NCBI RefSeq assembly: GCF_006345805.1
Contig: NC_043006.1
Coordinates: 71,796,001 to 71,860,000, forward strand
Source: Octopus sinensis
Taxonomy: Eukaryota
Direction: 5' to 3'
DNA length: 64,000 bases
The translations under genes and the position numbers were made by a program. Under the pieces are notes generated by a model, which saw only the letters and a list, made by a program, of their open reading frames with translations, was not told where the DNA came from and did not search any database. Positions 23,965-34,955 of the stretch are shown here, piece by piece. Each line of letters opens with the position of its first letter. Position 1 is the first letter of the stretch.

Positions 23965-25062
23965 TCAAAATCCACATTCTACCTGATTCCAATCAGTATG
24001 TGTTTTTTTATGGTGACAAAAGCCGTCATAGAGGAAGAATTTCTGTCCACAAATTTCACAACTGTAGGATTTCTCTTCTGTATGAATACGTCTATGGTTA
24101 GATAAAGTCTTTTTACGAGAAAATGCCTTATCACAAATATCACAACGGAATGGCTTCTCACCAGTATGAATTAGTGTGTGGGAAAGTAGCAGACGGTTTT
24201 GTGAAAACGACTTACCACATATTGTACAGGGGAAAGGTTTGTTAGCAACGTGAGTAAATTTGTGACCACGAAACCCACTTTTGTCTGAGAATGCTCTACC
24301 ACAGATTTCACATACATATGGTTTTTCGCCAGTGTGAATTCGTACATGAATAGATAAGTGATTATTTCGATAGAATTCTTTTCCACAAATCTCACAACGA
24401 TGTGGTTTTATTCCAGTATGGGTCAGTTTGTGCCTCATCAAATTGTAATTGTTGGCGAATACTTTCGCACAAGTTTCACAATGGTAGGGTTTCTCCCCAC
24501 TGTGAGTTAATTTGTGGGCAGACAAACCACTTTTTCTAGAGAATGATTTAGCACAAATGTCACAACTGTATGGCCTTTCTCCCGTGTGTGTCCGCACATG
24601 AATAGATAAGTGACCGTTTCGAAAGAATCTTTTCCCACAAATTTCACAATGGTATGGCTTCTCCCCTGTGTGAACATGTTGGTGAGAAGTTAATGAACTA
24701 TTTTCAGAGAAAGTTTTATTACAAATTTCACAATGGTAAGGTTTCTCACCTGTGTGAATACGCTCATGAATGGCCAATTTGCTCTTGCGAGCAAATGCTT
24801 TATCACAAATATCACAAGTGTAAGGCTTCTCTCCTGTATGAGCACGTATGTGGTAGGACAACTGGCTCTTCCAGACAAATCTTTTATCACAAATCTCACA
24901 AGAGAATGTCTTTTCTTTCAAATGGCTGTGTTTGTGATGGAGGTAAGACCTTTTCAGAGAGAATATTTTATCACATATTTCACAACGAAATAATCTTTCT
25001 GTATTATGATTCTGTTGATGAACTGAGAAGTCCTTATTTGGTGATGATATTGTATCACACAT
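23965..25062 (-). CDS. C2H2 zinc-finger protein, 365 aa, 12 tandem fingers (ZNF-A)
   Basis: Twelve C-x2-C-x12-H-x3-H units, mostly with TGEKP-like linkers; single coding exon; in-frame TAA 8 codons upstream of the ATG. Confidence 0.95.
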   Translation of the reverse strand: MCDTISSPNKDFSVHQQNHNTERLFRCEICDKIFSLKRSYLHHKHSHLKEKTFSCEICDKRFVWKSQLSYHIRAHTGEKPYTCDICDKAFARKSKLAIHERIHTGEKPYHCEICNKTFSENSSLTSHQHVHTGEKPYHCEICGKRFFRNGHLSIHVRTHTGERPYSCDICAKSFSRKSGLSAHKLTHSGEKPYHCETCAKVFANNYNLMRHKLTHTGIKPHRCEICGKEFYRNNHLSIHVRIHTGEKPYVCEICGRAFSDKSGFRGHKFTHVANKPFPCTICGKSFSQNRLLLSHTLIHTGEKPFRCDICDKAFSRKKTLSNHRRIHTEEKSYSCEICGQKFFLYDGFCHHKKTHTDWNQVECGF

Positions 25063-25274
25063 TTCCCTATGGAGGATGACCAGTTATGGAAGTCAGCAAA
25101 ATTACTGAAAATCTGAATAACTGTGGATTTAGACAAAATATTTTGAGGACATGTTTCTTTAACTTTCACACTTGTTCAGTTACCACCTAGATGCTTTCCA
25201 TGAAGTAAACTCAGAAATGTGAGTCACTTAGAATCACACATATATTCATTGAGTGTACAGTACACACTAAGAAT

Positions 25275-25340
25275 TTAAAACTCACTCAAAGAGACAACAT
25301 TGTACTTTGATACCTCTCCAATCTGTGATTCAATGTCCAT
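25275..25340 (-). other. Upstream ORF in the ZNF-A leader (MDIESQIGEVSKYNVVSLSEF*), extendable by splicing to MTTY|ELRMDIE...
   Basis: Acceptor cttttgtAG at 25350-25351, then gaattaagaATGG (A at -3, G at +4); TAA at 25277-25275. Confidence 0.55.
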
Positions 25341-25704
25341 TCTTAATTCCTACAAAAGAAGACAAACAAATAAAGTCATCATCGTAAGACTGTTGACAAT
25401 AAACTATTACAATACAGATAATAAATTTGTTATCAAGCTAATTTTGACAACTACCAATTACAAAGTAAAGTGGCACCTTGGAACCCTAAAAAATACTTGA
25501 AAACATGTTGAAATGAAATAGACAATGATAGATATCATATTGACAAAATCCTCCGAATATGACTGGTATCTCTGTCTCACAATAGTAAAAAAGATTAAGA
25601 AACAAGCGAGCCTCTACATGGTCACTCGACTGCTAGAAATAGCAGCAAAAAATCCCTTAAATCACACCTTATATTAAAAAAAGAGAAAGACATTAAATAA
25701 TATG

Positions 25705-25900
25705 CAGTGAGGCGCAGGAGTGGCTGTGTGGTAAGTAGCTTGCTTACCAGCCACATGGTTCTGGGCTCAGTCCCTCTGTGTGACACCTTGGGCAAGTGTC
25801 TTCTACTATAGACTCTGGCCGACCAAAGCTTTGTGAGTAGGTTTGGTAGACAGAAACTGAAAAAAGCCCGTCATATATATGACTGAAACAAGAGAGTAAA
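25705..25900 (+). mobile_element. SINE family A head and core inside the predicted ZNF-A intron
   Basis: ggcgcaggagtggctgtgtggtaagtagcttgc...gacagaaactgaaaaaagcccgtc. Confidence 0.85.
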
Positions 25901-25926
25901 AGAGAGTGTTTTCCTATACAACTTAC

Positions 25927-26028
25927 GTATGTTGTCATTGTTTAGTTAGCTTTGGTTGAGCAGATCTATATTCAAAAGTATTCTCACTGTAACCATCAAA
26001 TATAGTTTATCTGAGACTATTGGACAAT
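25927..26028 (-). other. Predicted first (5' leader) exon of ZNF-A
   Basis: AC|GTAAGT donor at 25926 pairs with the acceptor at 25350 (577-nt intron); 5' end inferred from the TATA/Inr. Confidence 0.5.
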
Positions 26029-26059
26029 GAATTCGAAATACCCCGCCTCCCTTTTTATA
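26025..26059 (-). promoter_or_regulatory. Candidate core promoter of ZNF-A: TATAAAAAG, GC box, Inr-like TCATTG
   Basis: TATA at 26059-26052, GGAGGCGGGG at 26050-26041, Inr A at 26028 exactly 31 nt downstream of the TATA start. Confidence 0.5.
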
Positions 26060-26143
26060 AGGTAGTTGTGTCTGATCTGAGATATTTGGCAAGATGAGTT
26101 ACCACAAAGAGGTTCTCGTTGGCTCGTGTTATGTATATGGGTG

Positions 26144-26287
26144 CAGTGGTGTAGCTAGAGCACGTGTCGTCGGGGCAGGCCTTGAGTTTGCCGTCTTTCC
26201 ATACAGGCTTATACAACAACCCAAAAAGTGCCGCTCCCATGAGTGCATCACCTGGGCCGGACCAGTCCCGTCCCTGCTACGTAACTG
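26144..26287. mobile_element. hAT-like MITE, 144 bp
   Basis: TIRs CAGTGGTGTAGC / GCTACGTAACTG (9/12); imperfect 8-bp TSD tatgggtg / agtgggtg; GC-rich interior. Confidence 0.55.
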
Positions 26288-26399
26288 AGTGGGTGTGTAC
26301 ATAGCTACAGCTGGGTGACCGGCATTATGTAGGAATGCACTGTATTGCATTGCTCTCGATCAGATCAAACAGAGATTAACATTTTGAAAGGTACTTTGT

Positions 26400-27970
26400 A
26401 ATTACAACTGTTCCGATGTATCAATGGAGTGTATTTGTTTACATGCTTATTGTTCTTATAGCACTCGTACGAGAGACCTATACTCAAAGACACCCGAGTT
26501 GTGACCATCCCATCTGTTTTTCCTTCGATACGTAGTGATAAGATAACGTTATCTTATATATCCTTTCTTCATATATGATGGTCAAGCAAGCAACTGACCC
26601 ACTTTCGTGAATTACATAGTATTATACCATGATAAACTATATGCTTGTTATTAAGCGACAGGTCGGACTTCACCCGTGAATGGTCATCATCGATTTTTTA
26701 AAGACGTTGTGATTTGGCTGCTTTTTTTCCAGCATGTTGATGCTTCTTTTTGGAAAATAGATGTTAGAACGACAGAGAGAGACATTTTAGCAGGTCATTG
26801 TGAAAATGTTTGCTACATTTGTGAAAATAGCAGAAAGGTGTTTTTTACCCACTTTCTCTAGGTTGGAATAAAAACCATACCAGTCACAAAACATATTTTC
26901 AAATATGTTTTCATATTCGTTTTCTACACATTTTTTACACCTAGTCGGCTGGTTCTTGTCTTGTTTTCGCGACCGGGGCTTAAACTGTATATTAACCACA
27001 TAATATTACAGTCATCATTTAATCAATCTATTTAATGAATTTCTCGAAAATTTTCAGATAAAGATCTATGGTTGGAAGAAAACAAAAAAGACCCAGGAGA
27101 TATTCTTAGGATTAAAAACGTAAATATTCAGTCCACAAGTAAGGTCTTTATCATTATTAATTCATTATATTTAGTCGGTATTTCCGTGGAAGCAAATGAC
27201 AGTTCGATTCTGTTTTCTGTTTAGAAATTTGCGGATTTTACATACACACATGAAACATGTAAGAACAGATATGCAAGGCTTTTTTTCTTCAAGTTTAAAA
27301 TGAGACATTGCTGGCATAACTTCGTTATATCTATATTCCACAGCCCATGGAAATACCCAAAGTGAAATCTTTTGATTTTGTCGAGTTATATCGAAAGAAT
27401 GCCGTCTAATGTTCAGTGATACTCGCCGGGTTTTTGTGAGTGTCGATCACACACTCACATGTATACACACACGTAATATATACATATACATATATAATGT
27501 GACACTTTCAAGTAACAAAACTGGAAAATTATTTCACCGATCGATTTTATCACTTTGGAAGACAAAAGATGCCGTAAAAATCCAAAAGCAAGGAAACCCG
27601 AGTTTAGTGTAAGGAGAACAAATGTTTGTCAACAAGATTAAATAAAAAAAATTAAATACTCACAGAACGAACATGAAAAGAGACAGAGGTGTGAATAGAT
27701 GAAGAAGAATAGTTGGTTTTAATTTAACCGACGTCGTTTTTCTACATTTGTAATTTCAATAAAAGTTCCGTTGGGATTTCTGGTAATTAAGAGGACGGCG
27801 ATGTTTGTAACTTCTACAATGGACAGACAGGGGAGATAACTACAGGGGTACTCCTAAGATAAAAACAGTTCTTGGTTGAGTTAATTCAGAATAGAACAGG
27901 ATCGTAATGTAACAGATGAAAGAAAAGGGAGTGAGGGATGATGACAATTGGATCAATAAATCGATATGGA
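26400..27970. promoter_or_regulatory. CpG-retaining, largely repeat-poor region (possible bidirectional promoter zone)
   Basis: Visibly dense CpG (tttcgcgaccgg, actcgccggg, ccgacgtcg) against CpG-depleted flanks; lies upstream of ZNF-A. Confidence 0.45.
27058..27608 (+). ncRNA. Candidate spliced transcript: exons 27058-27138, 27225-27258, 27344-27435, 27513-27608
   Basis: Four AG...GT-bounded blocks separated by 86-, 85- and 77-nt introns; donors GTAAGG, GTAAGA, GTGAGT, GTAAGG; no uninterrupted long ORF. Confidence 0.4.
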
Positions 27971-28419
27971 AGAAAAAAAATCTACAAAGAAAATAGAATT
28001 GGTTTAGAAAAAAAAAAGTTGCAAAAATAGAGTTAAATTGAGATTCCTGGTAAGTAAGTTCAAACAGCAGGAGTCCAAATTGAGCTAAATTGTATTCAAT
28101 TCAATTATTCTGCCATTGTTATTTGTCCATAAGATGCAGGTGGGGTTGTGTGGTTAAGAAGCTTGCTTCCTAATCATGTGGTCTCTGGTTTAGTCTCAGT
28201 GTACAACACCTTGAGCAGGTGTCTTCTACTATCACTTCAGGTTGACTAAAGACTTGTGAGTGGATTTGGTAGACAGAAACTGAAAGAAATCTGCCATATA
28301 TATGTGTGTGTGTATGCATGCGTGCATATATGTATGTATGTATCCATAGAAGTATGTGGAAGTTTGTGTGTGTGTGTGTGTATATATAGAGAGAGAGAAT
28401 TCACAAAAAAACAAAAGAT

Positions 28420-28575
28420 GAAGACAGGCGGTGTAGACAACAAATAGATGTATTAGTCTAACACTCAGGAAGTGAAAAAGTCTTTAATGTTTCGAGCCTA
28501 TGCTCTTCCACAGAAAGGAACATAGAAAGAAACAAGGAGAGAAAATAAAGAATGTATAGTGGCTAGCGATCTATA
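28420..28575 (-). mobile_element. Penelope-like terminal-repeat fragment with a hammerhead-like motif (28481-28518)
   Basis: Minus strand: CCUUU-CUGUGGA-A-GAGC(AUAG)GCUC-GAAA-CA-UU-AAAGA. Confidence 0.5.
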
Positions 28576-29939
28576 TATTCTTTTATTCTTTTACTTGTTT
28601 CAGTCATTTGACTGTGGCCATGCTGGAGCACTGCCTTTACTCGAGCAAATCAACCCTAGGACATACACACACACATGATGGTCTTCAGTTTCCGTCTACC
28701 AAATCTACTCACAAGGCTTTGGCCAGCCCAAGGCTATATTAGAAGACACTTGCCCAAGGTGCCATGCAGTGGGACTGAACCCTGAAACATGTGGTTGCCA
28801 AGCAAACTACTTACCACACAGCCACTCCTGCACCTAATAGGTATCATTACTATTATTAATAATAATAATGATAATAATAAAGTGGCTAGCAAGTTTACAC
28901 CTTTATAGGTAAAATATAATCAAAATTCAGAAAAGTATTAAATTATCATTCTATATAAACAGAGCTATTGATATATATATATCAATCACATGATGAACTT
29001 GACCATCACATGCTGTTATACATCACTGGTCACAATGCGATTTGCTTTATTTTAGGTTTCAAATAATGCCCCTCCCCTACTGGCAAGGTGACCAGGCCAA
29101 CATTCCCCCTAATTGGTAGGCTATTCCATTACTAGGTGATTTATTTACTGCTGAGTGGAATGGAGTAACTTGAAATGAAATGTTTTGCTCAAGATCACAA
29201 CGTGCAGCCAGTCTGGGAATTGAAACCACAATCTTACAATCATGAGTGCAACATACCTAACCACTAGTCTGTGTACTTTCACATGTGTGTGTATGAAATG
29301 GATCATTATCCTGGATTTTTAGTGAGTAATTGGAACCTTAGTCTAGAATCTTCTATAAGCTCCTTTCCATTGTTCTCAGTAGTTGTTCTTTGAAATTAAC
29401 AAGAGTCAATTGTCAGACTTAGATAAGTCATATTATTTTCTTGAACATCTTAAGTTATGTTTAGTTTGACATAGTTAAATGCATTCACTTTTCTTTGTTC
29501 TCCTAACCTACTTTCAGCTTCCAAACATGTACAAATTCAAACCCTCTCTGAATATTTTAGGACAATTCATTCCTGCTCTTAGACCCCACATGTCTTTCTC
29601 TTTCCAGCGAGCCATTTTCTTCCTAGCCTCTACAACTGACACAAGCCTTGTTACTAAGATCCTCTTACCATTGTAAAACAGCAGACTGCTACATCCTTTG
29701 TTTACTTCCTAACAACAAATTGTGATGGATAAATAAAATCTAAGAAATAACTTTTTCCTTCTGTTGATTAATTTGGTGTTTATCACACTGTCCCACAAAA
29801 TTTAAATAATCTGCTATCAATAATGATAAACACTGCATTTATTGCATCTGTCACTAACATATATCTGACACACACACATACACACACACACAAATCACAA
29901 GTGTATGTATCAAAACAAGAGATTGCAAAAATCTTTGGT

Positions 29940-30430
29940 CATCATCATCACCATCATCATCGTTTAACGTCCGTTTTCCATGCTAGCATGGGTTGGACGG
30001 TTCGACCGGGATCTGGGAAGTCAGAAGGCTGCACCAGGCTCCAGTCTGATCTGGCAGTGTTTCTACAGCTGGATGCCCTTCCTAACACCAACCACTCTGT
30101 GAGTGTAGTGGATGCTTTTTACGTGCCACCAGCATGGAGGCCAGTCGTGGCGGCGCTGGCACCGGCCATGTTCGGATGGTGCTTTTTATGTGCCACTGGC
30201 ACAGGGATCATAACTACAATTTCCATTAATTTTTGATGTTGATGTACTTGACTCAATAGGTCTCCTCAAGCACAGGGTCGAAACAGTGTTTCTTTACTAG
30301 CCACCTGCACAGGAGTCAGTCCAGCAGCACTGGTAACTGCCGGGTGCCAGTCATAGGATTGGTTCAATTTCGATTCCGATTTCACTTGCCCCATCAGGTC
30401 TTCACAAGCAGAGTTTAGTGTCCAACGAAG
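29940..30430 (-). mobile_element. RTE 3'UTR copies (family B), reverse orientation
   Basis: (CAT)n cgtttaacgtcc...gatgcccttcctaac...ttttacgtgccacc. Confidence 0.8.
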
Positions 30431-31294
30431 GGAGTTATTTAAAAGTTTTCCAATCTCTTGTTTTGATATTATCATTCAAGAGAAAATATTTTCAAGTATT
30501 TTCAACTCTTGTGTATACCTCACATAAATATAACATCTATAGAAGTATTTGCAATACTGAAATAAGTAGATGTGCTTCAAGAGGACACAGCTTGGATTTT
30601 AACCCTGCTACATAATATAAATGCATGTATATATATGTATGTGTGTTGTGTGTGCACATGTGGCATGTAAGTGCATGACAGTGGTGGTTGTGGTGGTGGT
30701 GGTGGTGGTGGTGGTGGTGGTGTGTGTGTGTGTTCATGTGTGCCATTATCCTGACATCATGGGCTGGTTGTAGAGTATCAGCGTAATACAAGCAATAATG
30801 TTCATTTCCAGTCTGCTGCAGAAAACATGTCTGGTCATGAGAAATATTAGTTTGCTTGGAAATGGGTAAGTGTTAGTGACAGGAAGGGCATCCAGCTGTA
30901 GAAAATATGCTTCAGTAACTTCCATCTGACCCACATAAGCATGGAAAACTGAACATTAAATGTAAATGTGATAATGACGATAATGATGATGATGATATAT
31001 ATACACATATATATAATTTGAAAATTTGACAGTCCAATGTGGGAGGGGGGAAGGGATGATCAGTGTAAGTTGTGGGTGTAGAGAACAACATTAATGGATG
31101 TAGAATGGCTAACAAGTTCTAGATAACAAGGAAGAAAAACTGGTATCAGGAGTAGTGGGGGACAATGGGAGAGATGTGGGGTTTGTGATATGAAAGAAGG
31201 GACTGGGGAAAGTGCCCAATTGTACACATATATATAATATAAGCACACACAATAATTCCAGAAGTTAGTTTTGCAATGATGGATGGAACTTCTT

Positions 31295-31600
31295 GGGGAT
31301 AGATATCACCAGACAACCAGGTTCATCCTCTCATCTGTGAGGCTCAAGATCTTGAGGTCAATGTTTACCACTTATCTTATATTTTCAAGGGTTTCCCTCA
31401 TCCACAAGCACCAGCTACATTCAGTGATTAACACTTCTTTATAAATCTGTCCTCGTCCATATGCTTCATATGTCCTTACAAGCACAGTCTTCTTTCTTGC
31501 ACAGCACATCTAATTCTTCTTATGTTTACTTTTTCACTCTGAACATTTATACTCTGTGTCACTTATACACACATTGCATTTCTTCAGAGTTTCATTTTCC
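31295..31600 (-). mobile_element. RTE LINE ORF2 C-terminal relic
   Basis: Minus frame reads CAVQERRLCL*GHMKHMDEDRFIKKC*, matching the RTE ..RRLRWYGHV.RM.. region. Confidence 0.75.
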
Positions 31601-33989
31601 CCTTAAAAGGCTCAATATTGCCTGATGAAATGGTATGGTCACATAATATCATGTAATATTATGCATTACTGAAGGTAGCGAGCTGACAGAATCGCTAGCA
31701 TGCTGGCCAAAACACTGAGCAGCAATTCCTGTCTTTATGTTCTGAGTTCAAATTCCGCCAAGGTCAACTTTGCCGTTCATCCTTTTGGGTGTCTATAAAA
31801 TAAGTACTGGTTGAGCACTGGGTTCAATATAATTGACTGGCTTCCTACCCCCAAATTGCTGGCATTATGCCAAAATTTGAAGCCGACATTATTCATTATT
31901 GAATAAATGACTATGCTTAAGGAAATGCATATAGCAAAAATCTGAGGTACCCATTCTTGTTCTTTTCCTATAATATACACCAATAATATGTGCAGTGTTT
32001 TGATGTTATGTAAATGGATTTACAGGATACTAAAGATCATTATACATCAGTTTAGTGTCGCAGAGACTGCTATATTGACTGGTTAATTGATTGCAAGTAT
32101 TTATGTATTCTTTTTGAGTATCCTGTTATATATTGGAATGCTACTAAGTTAGCTGCCAGAATCATTTAATACACACACACAAACACACACTGTTTAATAC
32201 ACACACATACACCAGCATAGGACACAGATATTGAATGATGATGACAATTACATATATATATATATATATTTAAACAGTCAATAACTACATGCTTGAACCA
32301 GTACAAGAGGTCTTTAAGCCACTTGATCTGCTAGAAATAGTTGTTGTCTTCCTCAAATCACACACCAAGCATCTTTTGAAAAGACATAATGGATTATATA
32401 GTCCTAGATACATCAACCCCTGTTGGACATGGTTGCTTCTTTATCTGTGTCTTCATGCACAGGCCTAGGCAAGGCTTTATTGTGGAAGACTGGTACTTGC
32501 CCATTCACGTAAGTCTATCTTTTCCACATTATCACTGTCCTCCAAGGGAAAGACCAGTTTTAGATAGATTTCTGAATAAAAGATGGGATGGTCACTATTA
32601 AAACATCTTTGATGATAGGTCTGCTGGATAAAGGCTCATCTCAAAATAAACATTATGAGCTTCAGGTTCATTTGACCTACTGCAAATTGCAACCACATCT
32701 TACCAAGCTAAGAAGTGAACCTCTTTGTAATTATTCAGCCTGCTAAAGATCTCAACCAAATGACACCCTACCATTGTGATAAAGGAAAACTACATTGGAT
32801 ATAGGTTTGGATATATCGTCATCACTTAATGTCCATTGTCCATGCTGGTAAGTCGGGGAGCTTCACAAGACACCAGTGTGATTTGGCATGGTTTCTAAGG
32901 CTGGATGCCCTTCCTAACATCAACCACTTTACAGTGTGTGCTGGATGCTTTTATGGGTACTTTTACATGGCGCTGCATGGGTGCTTTTACAAAGCACCCT
33001 TTCAATAAAAGACAGTTTGGTCATGAGTGGAATGCATTTGATCATAAATATGCAAGGTCAGAGCTGACCTTTGCCAGTGTTTCTCAAGCTTACCCTTCAA
33101 GCAGAGTGCCTGTTTAAGCCTTAGACAGTGGCACCGGTTTATGTAACATCAAGGCTTGCCCACATACCAGTGGGTCCATATGACACATTTCTAGGGCCAG
33201 TTGTACTCAGTCTTATACATTAATCACATGACTATCTCCTGTGATCTCACCAATAACTGGAGCCCTTGACTAACAACTCAGGCTAGAGTAAATCTGGGAG
33301 TAGTGGTGACTAAGGGGTAACTTCATCTTCTCCCAAAACTCCTGAGCTGGAGTCTCACTCCTGGATGGAGTTTAATGTCTTGCTCCTACCAGTCTTAGAA
33401 AACTAGAAGAAATTTCATGGTTGCAGCCCTTTCTCCACTGACATTTTTAAAAAATCATTTTGATTCAGCAAACTCAACATTATTAATAAATTTTTAACTA
33501 TAGACAATGTGATATTAGCCGAACTTTGATTGGACAAGAGTCAAATTTAATCTATTCTTATGTTATTCAAAACAATTTTTTAGTATTTTTTACCTTCAGG
33601 TGTTGACTTACAGTAAGATATTATAAAATGTCAAATTCCTTTTGGCAGAGTGCATTTGCTTCCAATTATCACATGGATTAAACAACAAATAGATAAAAAA
33701 TGCAGATCACTGAAGAAGAGCAAATTGAAAACAGTCTTTGGGGAAACAGAGCTCCTTTGTTCTAGGTGTTTTGGTGTGTTCATTTCCCTAAAAGTTTCTT
33801 ATCATTTATCTGTTGAAATATAGATGAGAGGGTGGGAATGATCAGTAGGAACTACTATAGTAATAATCTTATTTGCAATTTCAGATTAAGACTGTGGATA
33901 TATTTTAAAAAATATATGAAAAACTGAAATTACATCACAGAAGAGTCATTTCAGCTTTTTAAAATCCACCGCATTCAATTTTTTTTTTA

Positions 33990-34260
33990 TCTGTTTCAGT
34001 CATTTGACTGTAGACATGCTGGAGCACCACCTTTAGTTGAACAAATCGACCCCAAGTCTTATTCTTTGTAAGCCTAGTACTTATCCTATCACAAACATAC
34101 CATACGACAGGCTTCATTCAGTTTCCATCTACCAAATCCACTCACAAGACTTTGGTTGGCCTGAGGCTATAATAAAAGACACTTGCCCAAGGTGTCACGC
34201 AGTGGGACTGAACTTGGAAACATGTGGTTGGTAAGCAAGCTACTTACCACACAGCCACTC
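33990..34260 (-). mobile_element. SINE family A, internally deleted, reverse
   Basis: gtttcagtcatttgactg tail through ctacttaccacacagccactcc head. Confidence 0.82.
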
Positions 34261-34569
34261 CTATTATTCTTTTTCATTTTATGTCTATTTTGAACTAGTT
34301 CTGCCTATTATGAATTGTCAGAAAATTTCATCACACCCCTGTAACTTGGCTATTGACACACATTCACATGCAGTGAACTTGTGCCAATGACCAGAAGAAA
34401 CTAATTCTATTATTAAATGGGTAATGATTTTTTTTTGTTTTGGGATTATCTCCCCTTAAATTGCTAAAATGTGTCACGACTTGTTTTCACTCCATATCAG
34501 GGCAGATGGTGCATGCACAGATCCAAGTGATTTGCCAAAGAACAACTCAAAAAAAAAAAAAGCTTAGAG

Positions 34570-34955
34570 ATGGCTGGGTGTTAAGTTTGCTCTCCAATCA
34601 CACGGTTCCAGGTTGTCCCCATGCACATAACCTTGGGCAAGTGTCTTCTATATAGCATCAGGATAGCCAAAACCGTAAGAGGTTCTGATAGACTGAAACT
34701 GAAAGCTCATATATGTATATGTGTGTGTGTGTGTATTTGTGTACATGGTTTTTGCATTAGTGTTTGTCCCCCATCACTGCTTAACCAGTGCTGGTTTGTT
34801 TATGTCCCTATAACTTAGCAGCTCTGCATAAGTGATCAATAGAATAAGTACCATGTTTGAAAAAAATAGTACTTGTATTGATTTGTTCAACTAAAACAAC
34901 TTAGAGGTGGTGACCCAGCATGGCTGCAGTCCAGTGACTTTAACAAGTAAAAGAT
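34570..34955 (+). mobile_element. SINE family A, degenerate
   Basis: Head, core, hinge and tail recognisable. Confidence 0.75.

Noticed and set aside
23895-25169. Antisense and alternate-frame ORFs overlapping ZNF-A
   Set aside because: Expected by-products of repetitive zinc-finger codon structure; no independent motifs.
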